Below are positions 19,183 to 25,647 of a stretch of 33,191 nt of DNA, piece after piece. This DNA is from a virus (taxonomy: Duplodnaviria; Caudoviricetes): the IMG/VR virus record IMGVR_UViG_3300032305_000462, positions 1 to 33,191 of that record. One strand, given 5' to 3'. The translations under genes were made by a program, and so were the position numbers. Numbering within the stretch: the first letter of the stretch is position 1; each line of letters starts with the position of its first letter. The notes under the pieces were generated by a model, which saw nothing but the letters and a program-made list of their open reading frames with translations, searched no databases and was not told where the DNA came from.

Positions 19183-19931
19183 AATTCATTTGGTTTAATA
19201 TTTCCATCTGCATCAATATGACAATCAAATGTAACCAAAGAATTAATAAATTTAATATACCCTTGAGTTTTGCAGTAAATTTTCCTTTCTTCAACATCTT
19301 GAATATTAGAATACTTATTCCATAATTCTATTTTTTCTTCTTTGGAAATTGTTGGAATCTTAAATTGTTCCAAATAATCAAATAAAATTGATAAGCCTCC
19401 AGCGATAAAAGTGAACTTCTTGTCATTCTTCTCGCAGTATCTAATCTGCTTTGCATACTCATTAGCCGTATCAATGGCTTGCTTCTTTAATTCTGAATCA
19501 CTTGGTACCTGAGTCTTTTCTTCTTTTTGTTTTTCCTTTGCAACCTTACTTAAAACTTCATTTTTCTCGTAGTAATATTTCTTTACCCATTGTACAAAAA
19601 TTGATGAATTAAAAAATACTGATGATTCAGATTGATTTAAATATTCGCCATTCAATCCATTGTTTACGGCAATCATTATATCATCTTCTGAATAGTTACC
19701 AAATGCTTCCAGGTCATTTAAAATAAGTTTAACATCCATTTCATCCTCTCCTTTATTTTTGTCCTTTAAACCTAATTTGGCTTTAGCTAATGCTACCACT
19801 TGCATAGCTATTCTTAATTTATGATTATCTGCTAATAATTTAATTGCTGGCTTTAAATATGCCTGGTAAATTAAGTCTTCTCTTTTAGTCAAATAATTAT
19901 TTTCTACTGAACGGGTTATTAAAAGTTCCAT
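19179..19931 (-). CDS. Hypothetical replication-associated protein (possible helicase loader)
   Basis: 250 aa overlapping the initiator gene in a lambda O/P-like position. Function is positional inference only. Confidence 0.5.
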   Translation of the reverse strand: MELLITRSVENNYLTKREDLIYQAYLKPAIKLLADNHKLRIAMQVVALAKAKLGLKDKNKGEDEMDVKLILNDLEAFGNYSEDDIMIAVNNGLNGEYLNQSESSVFFNSSIFVQWVKKYYYEKNEVLSKVAKEKQKEEKTQVPSDSELKKQAIDTANEYAKQIRYCEKNDKKFTFIAGGLSILFDYLEQFKIPTISKEEKIELWNKYSNIQDVEERKIYCKTQGYIKFINSLVTFDCHIDADGNIKPNEL

Positions 19932-20670
19932 CTTCTATTTGTTTTAAAAGTTTCTGCTCTAATTCTTGTAAATTCTCAAAGTTCTTTTGATGCTTGCCTT
20001 TGACTGGCTCTTGAGGATGATTAATAGTATTGGCAAATTTATTATTATTTTTCATCCAAGTACTAATTCTCCTGGTAATGTCAAAAAATGTTTCGGCTTC
20101 CCATCTTTCTTTTCCCTTTGCATTTTTTTCAGTCCAATAAGAATAAAAGTTTTCATATTCAGAATTTAAAGAATCAATGTATGGCGAAAGCATTTCGCTA
20201 AAACTTATTTTACTTTCTTTTACTTTAATTTCATTTACTTTACTTTCTTTTCCTTTCCTTTCCTTTGTTGAACGGTCGTTAAACGGCTGTTGAACGGTCG
20301 TTGGAATTTCTAATAATTTTCTTTTATCTGCGCTCTTTTGTCCGGCTAATTTTCTTTGCTCTTTCATCTTAAAATATGGTTCTAAATAAACCAGCATTTT
20401 AGGAGAAAAAAATTTTTGTTCTTCATCAATTTCAAATAAACCGTAATTGCAAATGGCCACTCTGACTTTAGCTTCAGATACGTTAAATTCTTCAGCCAAT
20501 AAATCTAAATCCTCTAAAGGATACATTAAATCTTGTTGCTCTCTTAAAGTTTCTAATAGCATAAAATAAATGCCATATCCTTCGGTTCCAAGTTCCTTTC
20601 GTAGTCTACGAATCTTCCTATCGTGCCTGGCATTACAAAAATGTGGGAAATAAAATGCTTCTTTTTCCAT
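19897..20670 (-). CDS. Replication initiator, DUF4373/Lin1244-like N-terminus
   Basis: YFPH..NARHD.KI..LR..LG.EGYGIYFMLLE.L, internal iteron-like repeats, and FYSYW...W C-terminal domain. ATG 20670 preferred. Confidence 0.75.
   Translation of the reverse strand: MEKEAFYFPHFCNARHDRKIRRLRKELGTEGYGIYFMLLETLREQQDLMYPLEDLDLLAEEFNVSEAKVRVAICNYGLFEIDEEQKFFSPKMLVYLEPYFKMKEQRKLAGQKSADKRKLLEIPTTVQQPFNDRSTKERKGKESKVNEIKVKESKISFSEMLSPYIDSLNSEYENFYSYWTEKNAKGKERWEAETFFDITRRISTWMKNNNKFANTINHPQEPVKGKHQKNFENLQELEQKLLKQIEDGTFNNPFSRK
20209..20263. repeat. Eleven tandem TTTNN pentamers (candidate unwinding element)
   Basis: tttac tttct tttac tttaa tttca tttac tttac tttct tttcc tttcc tttcc. Confidence 0.8.
20267..20303. 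repeat. Three 11-bp tandem iteron-like repeats plus a partial fourth (candidate origin)
   Basis: GTTGAACGGTC GTTAAACGGCT GTTGAACGGTC GTTG. Confidence 0.8.
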
Positions 20671-20680
20671 GATAATTTTA

Positions 20681-20777
20681 AAATAAAAATGCCTCATAAA
20701 TCCATTGGCTCTCGACTTCCAATTTCAATACAAGGCATTTAAGACTTTTAATCGCTATAATGTCGAGAGGCGATTGT
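20681..20777 (-). ncRNA. Structured leader RNA: two hairpins with complementary loops
   Basis: P1 is AATCGC/GCGATT with loop CTCTCGACATTATA. P2 is AAATGCCTTGTA/TATGAGGCATTT plus ATTGG/CCAAT with loop AAGTCGAGAG. A U-tract follows. Confidence 0.65.
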
Positions 20778-20781
20778 GTTA

Positions 20782-20789
20782 CAAATATA
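20782..20789 (-). promoter_or_regulatory. Bacteroidota-type -7 promoter box TATATTTG
   Basis: Matches TAnnTTTG and lies a few nt upstream of the structured leader. Confidence 0.65.
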
Positions 20790-20795
20790 CAAAAA

Positions 20796-20894
20796 TTATT
20801 TCTTTTGTTTTGGAATTATTCCAAGTTTCTTGTAATCTTTTTGCAACTCTTTGGCTAAATAAATATGCCATTGATTATATGATAATTTTTTCAT
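20796..20894 (-). CDS. Small basic peptide (32 aa), not in ORF track
   Basis: MKKLSYNQWHIYLAKELQKDYKKLGIIPKQKK, with ATGA overlap onto the upstream small ORF. Confidence 0.55.
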   Translation of the reverse strand: MKKLSYNQWHIYLAKELQKDYKKLGIIPKQKK

Positions 20895-21022
20895 TGGTTA
20901 TAAAATTTAACTATTATTTCTACGACTAATGCCCAAATCCAACAGGATATAATTCCGACTATTCCGATAAATGTTAGGAATTCCGATGTGCTATTCGAAT
21001 GTGATTGCTTCCCTTGATTCAT
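20891..21022 (-). CDS. Small single-TM peptide (43 aa), not in ORF track
   Basis: MNQGKQSHSNSTSEFLTFIGIVGIISCWIWALVVEIIVKFYNQ fills the gap in the operon. Confidence 0.55.
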   Translation of the reverse strand: MNQGKQSHSNSTSEFLTFIGIVGIISCWIWALVVEIIVKFYNQ

Positions 21023-21239
21023 CGTATTTCTTTATTAATTCTCTTGTAACTAAAACCCATTCCCGAATGACAAGCTCTTGATGCAAAGGGAAATATTTGT
21101 CATCACTCTTTTCGTACTTGTTGATAATACCAGTGATATTTTCGACTGTGTACTCGCGCGCAGAAAAAGGAACAATGCCCTTCTTCTTTAAATTCTCTGC
21201 TACTATTTTGTAGGAATCCATTTTTCTAAATTTCTTCAT
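20991..21239 (-). CDS. Hypothetical protein
   Basis: 82-aa ORF in the early operon. Confidence 0.6.
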   Translation of the reverse strand: MKKFRKMDSYKIVAENLKKKGIVPFSAREYTVENITGIINKYEKSDDKYFPLHQELVIREWVLVTRELIKKYDESREAITFE

Positions 21240-21432
21240 TTAAATTTTTGTTTAATTTAATTTCCATTTCTTCGGTGATTATTAAATCTTCCGTACATTC
21301 CTCAAGCCTATTCCAACCACTCATTCTTTTAATGTAAGGCTCTATTTCATCTTGGGAAAATTCTTTTCTCTCCCTAAATCTTGAATTGTCCAATAGGTCA
21401 ATCCAATGAAACAAGTATGCTATCTTTTCCAT
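21226..21432 (-). CDS. Hypothetical protein
   Basis: 68-aa ORF in the early operon. Confidence 0.6.
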   Translation of the reverse strand: MEKIAYLFHWIDLLDNSRFRERKEFSQDEIEPYIKRMSGWNRLEECTEDLIITEEMEIKLNKNLNEEI

Positions 21433-21434
21433 AT

Positions 21435-21683
21435 CTAAAAAGGTAAATCTTTAATTTCTTTTTGTGCCGGTAATGATTTACCTATCTTAAAGTTGCCTAA
21501 GATTGGCGCATTGCTTTCAGGAGTCTTAACTCCATCTTGAGTAATAAAACCAAAGTTTCCATATTGGTCGGCATCTTCTTTTAAGAATCCGCTAATATTA
21601 AGGTAAGTACCTTTTTTACCCACATAAAATTTAGACTTGTCTAACAAATCTACATTGATTGAAATGCTTACTAATTTGCTCAT
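21435..21683 (-). CDS. Putative single-stranded DNA-binding protein
   Basis: 82 aa with GKKGTYL, DQYGN.G and a C-terminal DLPF tail, following the ERF gene. Confidence 0.6.
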   Translation of the reverse strand: MSKLVSISINVDLLDKSKFYVGKKGTYLNISGFLKEDADQYGNFGFITQDGVKTPESNAPILGNFKIGKSLPAQKEIKDLPF

Positions 21684-22261
21684 TTGATTGGTTGATTAAT
21701 TGTGAAACTTAATTTTTTAGTACTTAATAATGGTAAAATATTTGGATTTGATTGAATGTCAGCTAAATAGTCATTGTAGAATGACATACAACCTTCTATT
21801 GAATCAAGGCTATCAATTATAGTCTTATAATACTGCAATGGCTTTGCTTCCACTTTTATAACTTTTGCCTCATCTTTCCCGTGAGTATTGGTAGCATCAG
21901 AATCCTTTGTGTCATCCAATGCAAAGAGTCCGTTAAGTGCATACTTCCTGGCATAAGAAGAACTTGCTCCGGTAACCTGGCTACCATCCATTCCTTTCTT
22001 GCTCTCTTCTTCTCTTGCATATCCATCCGTACAATAAGTTTCCTTGCCGTTTGTTAACGTTGCGGTCGCTTTAATGTAATATCTATCGCCCACGTTAATT
22101 ATCGTGTCGGAAATCGTAATAGAGTAACCCATAGGATTAACGACTTGCTTTACTGCTTCGAGGATATCCTCCGCACTCCGGTAATTGTATTTACCAAACG
22201 AATTAAACTGGCCTTTTGGCGCTTTAACTTTTGCTTGAATTTCTGCTAATTTATTTTCCAT
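21680..22261 (-). CDS. erf: ERF-family single-strand annealing recombinase
   Basis: KAPKGQFNSFGKYNYRSAEDIL and Q.TGASSSYARKYALNGLF..DD motifs. Confidence 0.9.
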   Translation of the reverse strand: MENKLAEIQAKVKAPKGQFNSFGKYNYRSAEDILEAVKQVVNPMGYSITISDTIINVGDRYYIKATATLTNGKETYCTDGYAREEESKKGMDGSQVTGASSSYARKYALNGLFALDDTKDSDATNTHGKDEAKVIKVEAKPLQYYKTIIDSLDSIEGCMSFYNDYLADIQSNPNILPLLSTKKLSFTINQPIK

Positions 22262-22262
22262 T

Positions 22263-22409
22263 TTAGTCTTGGTTTATTTCAATGAATTGAGATTTGTAAA
22301 CTCTTTCTTCTTTGGTAATTTTTGCCCAAAGGTCTTCGATGTCGTGGTACGAAAAGGTATAAAAATAATACCCAGCATCATCCTTGAATTTGATTTTAAT
22401 AGTTTGCAT
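22263..22409 (-). CDS. Hypothetical protein (48 aa)
   Basis: ATG 22409 (MQTIKIKF) overlaps the end of the upstream small ORF. The track's TTG start at 22478 is less likely. Confidence 0.55.
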   Translation of the reverse strand: MQTIKIKFKDDAGYYFYTFSYHDIEDLWAKITKEERVYKSQFIEINQD

Positions 22410-22536
22410 GGCCTGTGATGATTGGAATAACGTGACAGTAAAGAATGTAACTAAAAATAAAGATTGCAATGCTACCAAATAGTCCTTCAGGGTCTTCCTG
22501 ATAAAATTCTTTGAAAAATTTAATGATTTTTTTCAT
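22396..22536 (-). CDS. First early ORF, small membrane peptide (46 aa), not in ORF track
   Basis: MKKIIKFFKEFYQEDPEGLFGSIAIFIFSYILYCHVIPIITGHANY, with an A-rich start context TAAACCTTATCAAAATG. Confidence 0.65.
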   Translation of the reverse strand: MKKIIKFFKEFYQEDPEGLFGSIAIFIFSYILYCHVIPIITGHANY

Positions 22537-22577
22537 TTTGATAAGGTTTAAAGAATAGCTTTGTTGCTATCTTGATA

Positions 22578-22585
22578 CAAATATA
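22578..22585 (-). promoter_or_regulatory. Early promoter -7 box TATATTTG
   Basis: TAnnTTTG in AT-rich intergenic DNA between a terminator and the early operon. Confidence 0.7.
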
Positions 22586-22645
22586 AGAGTAATATTTTAA
22601 ATAAAAAAACTTTCTTTAAAATTATATTAATTATTTATAGGACAT

Positions 22646-22678
22646 AAAAAATCCCTACCGATAAGACCAGTAGGGATT
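22646..22678 (-). terminator. Intrinsic terminator
   Basis: AATCCCTACTGGT-CTT-ATCGGTAGGGATT followed by TTTT. Confidence 0.88.
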
Positions 22679-22712
22679 CTAACCATTAACCCTTAAACCT
22701 ATTTAACTATGA
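22646..22712 (-). ncRNA. Candidate ~65-nt small RNA
   Basis: TAAATTTG box at 22717-22724, then GU-rich CATAGTTAAATAGGTTTAAGGGTTAATGGTTAG, then the terminator. Confidence 0.45.
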
Positions 22713-22727
22713 AAATCAAATTTAACA

Positions 22728-23723
22728 CTAATTAATTATTTTACCATCTCTTATTTGAATATTTTTTACAAAACTTTTTCCATTATTTATTTCAACAATT
22801 GCAAAACCGTGATTGTGATGTGAGAAAGGCATATATTTAGGACTAAGAAGTGTAAGGCATCCAGTAGTGTAAGTATTAATAAATTCTTTAAATCCGGTTT
22901 TCTTTTGTGTTGTTGAAGTTCTATGAACGTGACCTATTAGTGTATTGCAAATAGTCTTGTTAAATAAATTTTGACTTGGATTAACTCCACCACCTCCGTA
23001 CAATTCGTGGCCGTGTAAAACAAGCAAGTCGCCCATCTCCATCCCTTGCCAATCCTCAACCATAATAATGCCTAATTTATCTAATCTAAAAAATACATTA
23101 AATTGTAAATCGTGCAATTGCGCAAACTCATCAGCTTGTAATTGCAATGACCTGGCAAATCTATTTTCGTGATTACCAAGTTTATAATAAATTGGAATCG
23201 TTCTAAATATGTCTCTAAGCCTTTGTAAAAAATCCCGATTCATATCGACCTCTCTACTAAAGTCCCTCATATCCTTATCTTTTTCGTGCCTCGAAATAGA
23301 GTAAAAATCTTGGATATCACCATTAAGATACAAGCAATCAATCTCTTGCTCTTTTAAATGCTTAATTGCGCAAGTCAAAGCTTGCAAGTCGTGATAAGGA
23401 AAATGTATGTCAGATAAGATTCCAATCTTTTTTAAGTTACCTGGTAGTTTAGCTGAAACATATTCCTTTCCAATACTTGCCTCAATTCCGAAATTGTCTA
23501 AAGTTTCAAGATTATAATTAACGACTACCGGAGGAATGATTTTATTTTGTTCTTGACTTGACCTATCCTTTGAAGATATATTATTATTAACCATAAATTT
23601 CCTTAATGAATCAGGTCTTTGAAACCCATACATTTCATAAAAAGAATTATAAAAATCAATTTTAGATAGATTGATTGAAAAAAAATGTTCACGAATTTTA
23701 GTGATTTTATTTTCCTTGTTCAT
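22728..23723 (-). CDS. Calcineurin-like metallophosphoesterase
   Basis: SDIH, NGDIQD, GNHE, HGHE and GHVHR motifs. Confidence 0.9.
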   Translation of the reverse strand: MNKENKITKIREHFFSINLSKIDFYNSFYEMYGFQRPDSLRKFMVNNNISSKDRSSQEQNKIIPPVVVNYNLETLDNFGIEASIGKEYVSAKLPGNLKKIGILSDIHFPYHDLQALTCAIKHLKEQEIDCLYLNGDIQDFYSISRHEKDKDMRDFSREVDMNRDFLQRLRDIFRTIPIYYKLGNHENRFARSLQLQADEFAQLHDLQFNVFFRLDKLGIIMVEDWQGMEMGDLLVLHGHELYGGGGVNPSQNLFNKTICNTLIGHVHRTSTTQKKTGFKEFINTYTTGCLTLLSPKYMPFSHHNHGFAIVEINNGKSFVKNIQIRDGKIIN

Positions 23724-23898
23724 ATTCTTGCATTAATACATCGACTAAAAACTCAATATTATTTAACACTTTCATTTTTAAAACAAAGCTTGCATCATCA
23801 ACCTGTTCAATGTTATCCATCACATCCATCATCGTGTCGAGCAAATCTTTGGCTCTTGATGTTTGTTTTTCTACCGGCTCAACTTCTATTTTATACAT
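23707..23898 (-). CDS. Hypothetical acidic protein
   Basis: 63 aa overlapping both neighbours. Confidence 0.6.
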   Translation of the reverse strand: MYKIEVEPVEKQTSRAKDLLDTMMDVMDNIEQVDDASFVLKMKVLNNIEFLVDVLMQEYEQGK

Positions 23899-24340
23899 GA
23901 AATATTTTTAGATATAAGTAACCAAAAATTATAAAAGTTTCAAAAATAATTGTAAGAATACACCAGGCTGGTATAATGTTTGTTGTCACAATTTTTTTGG
24001 AATTAGTGACATTAGAAGTTTCCTTATTACGATACTTATTTTGATATACCTTTTCGATTGAATCGATGTTAACCGTAGCTTGAATATTTCCTTTATAAGA
24101 CCTGATAATTATCTTGCCTTGAGGAACGGTTATCTTTGAATAGAAAGTCTTTAAAATACCAATAGAATCACAAGGATTCTCAATAATTAGCGTATCATAT
24201 ACCGCATTGAATTTGGTAATTATTTTGTAGTCACGAATCGTATCAAATCGAATCTTTTCTTTTTCAATTATTATTGATTTTGTGCGCTTGCAAGAATTTG
24301 CAATTATGAGTAAAAACAAAAATAGAATTAGTTTTTTCAT
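23891..24340 (-). CDS. Lipoprotein with C-terminal TM; putative unimolecular spanin
   Basis: Signal MKKLILFLFLLIIANS-C and C-terminal hydrophobic helix AWCILTIIFETFIIFGYLYL, following the endolysin. Confidence 0.65.
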   Translation of the reverse strand: MKKLILFLFLLIIANSCKRTKSIIIEKEKIRFDTIRDYKIITKFNAVYDTLIIENPCDSIGILKTFYSKITVPQGKIIIRSYKGNIQATVNIDSIEKVYQNKYRNKETSNVTNSKKIVTTNIIPAWCILTIIFETFIIFGYLYLKIFHV

Positions 24341-24792
24341 TGGAAATATAATTCTGCCTCTGCTTGTCTGCGTAATGTTAACCCATTTAAAACTTTACCT
24401 CCAGCCTTATTCCATTTAAGAAATTCTAAACGAATTAATTCATCGTTTGGATTAGCATTAACTTTTTTAAGTAAAGTGCTTGATTTCAAAGCGCCAGCGC
24501 CCAAGTTATAACAAAACGATACAAGGGCATCAAACTGATTTTGATTAATGTCATCACGACAAAATGAATCAACACTTCTTTCATAATGTTTAATTACATT
24601 TAGAAATATGTCCATCGCCCTGGCTTCACTAATAGGCGCATCGGTCATTTTAACTTTTGTCCCATCCTCGTAGTATGTGCATCCGATTGATATGGTCGGA
24701 ATGCCACCTGGGCATAAGTAAGGTTTTAATTTAACACTTTCAAACCTCTTTATTAGGCTTAGTCCTTTTGGGCTTATTTGGTTGACTTTCAT
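24337..24792 (-). CDS. Endolysin, GH24 phage lysozyme
   Basis: FE......YLC...IPTI catalytic motif, NQNQFDALVSF.YNLG and GL..RRQAE. Confidence 0.93.
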   Translation of the reverse strand: MKVNQISPKGLSLIKRFESVKLKPYLCPGGIPTISIGCTYYEDGTKVKMTDAPISEARAMDIFLNVIKHYERSVDSFCRDDINQNQFDALVSFCYNLGAGALKSSTLLKKVNANPNDELIRLEFLKWNKAGGKVLNGLTLRRQAEAELYFQ

Positions 24793-25057
24793 CTAATTTG
24801 GCTCTTAATTCTACATTCTCAGAACGTAGCTTGTGGATTTCAGTAGTTAATGAATCAACTTTGATTTTTAAATCAGCAACCTCGGCTTTTAAATCAGTTG
24901 CCATTTCCCTCCATATTTTAATCGCTTCTTGCACATTGGTTATCTCAGTACTTTGAACTTCAATACCTTCTTTTTTTCTACCAAATAACCAGGTAACAAG
25001 TGCGCCAAAAAAACCGGTTATTGCTGGCACTATGATTTCTTCCCAAGTGTACATCAT
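24740..25057 (-). CDS. Putative holin (one TM plus coiled coil)
   Basis: N-terminal TM IIVPAITGFFGALVTWLF, immediately upstream of the endolysin. Confidence 0.55.
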   Translation of the reverse strand: MMYTWEEIIVPAITGFFGALVTWLFGRKKEGIEVQSTEITNVQEAIKIWREMATDLKAEVADLKIKVDSLTTEIHKLRSENVELRAKLDESQPNKPKRTKPNKEV

Positions 25058-25061
25058 TTTA

Positions 25062-25325
25062 TTAAGATATTGGAGTTATTATTTTTTCTTCTAAACCTAA
25101 TGTCTCAAGAGCCCACTTAACAATGAATGAATCATCTATACCCCATTGAGCAACTATAGGCTCAGGAATAATAAGATTACCTTCTTCTATCATCGGATTA
25201 AATTGGCTCATTAATTTAAAATACAAATTTTGTTCAGGATGCTCGAGTGCATAATTAACCACCTTAATCTCTACCCGGTCGGCTATCTCTCTTAATCCTT
25301 TAATTGGCTCAATGAATATAATCAT
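25062..25325 (-). CDS. Hypothetical protein (possible fibre accessory)
   Basis: 87 aa with EGNL.I.....QWG.DD motif, resembling ORF 29710-29994. Confidence 0.55.
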   Translation of the reverse strand: MIIFIEPIKGLREIADRVEIKVVNYALEHPEQNLYFKLMSQFNPMIEEGNLIIPEPIVAQWGIDDSFIVKWALETLGLEEKIITPIS

Positions 25326-25326
25326 C

Positions 25327-25596
25327 TTAGTCTTTTAAAAATATTTCTAATATTTGTGCTTTAGCTAACACGGTAAAAGATTCTGATTCCTTTACAAATG
25401 ATTTTAAAGTTTCTTGGTCTGACTTGTCTAAATCTAAAGCTTCGCCCTTAAATAGTTTCTTTGCCCAATCCCAAAATTTTAAAGCATCTCCTTTAGAAGA
25501 TGATGCTAAAGCACCGGCTAACATTTTACTAGCGTTATTATTCTCAAAAATTTGGTCATCAAGACCGATAAAATCAAAGTTAAAATCTAATTTCAT
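25327..25596 (-). CDS. Hypothetical protein
   Basis: 89 aa downstream of a late-promoter motif. Confidence 0.65.
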   Translation of the reverse strand: MKLDFNFDFIGLDDQIFENNNASKMLAGALASSSKGDALKFWDWAKKLFKGEALDLDKSDQETLKSFVKESESFTVLAKAQILEIFLKD

Positions 25597-25620
25597 TTGG
25601 TTGTTTTTAAAGTTTACAAT

Positions 25621-25630
25621 TATAAATAGC
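25621..25630 (-). promoter_or_regulatory. Putative phage late promoter GCTATTTATA
   Basis: Intergenic, upstream of the lysis-containing operon. Confidence 0.6.
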
Positions 25631-25647
25631 TATTTGATAAAATTTTA

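Noticed and set aside
20209-20303. CRISPR or mini-array
   Set aside because: Repeats are 5 and 11 bp, tandem, without spacers.
20705-20929. 74-aa + strand ORF as a divergent gene or repressor
   Set aside because: No HTH or other motif. It overlaps two coupled minus-strand micro-ORFs, a promoter and the structured RNA.
25052-25057. Met-Met start as a holin/antiholin dual-start motif
   Set aside because: Lacks the intervening basic residue of the lambda S-type motif.
2504-25630. TATAAATA as T4 gp55 late promoters
   Set aside because: The T4 consensus reads on the + strand, antisense to all genes, and no T4-like late machinery is encoded.
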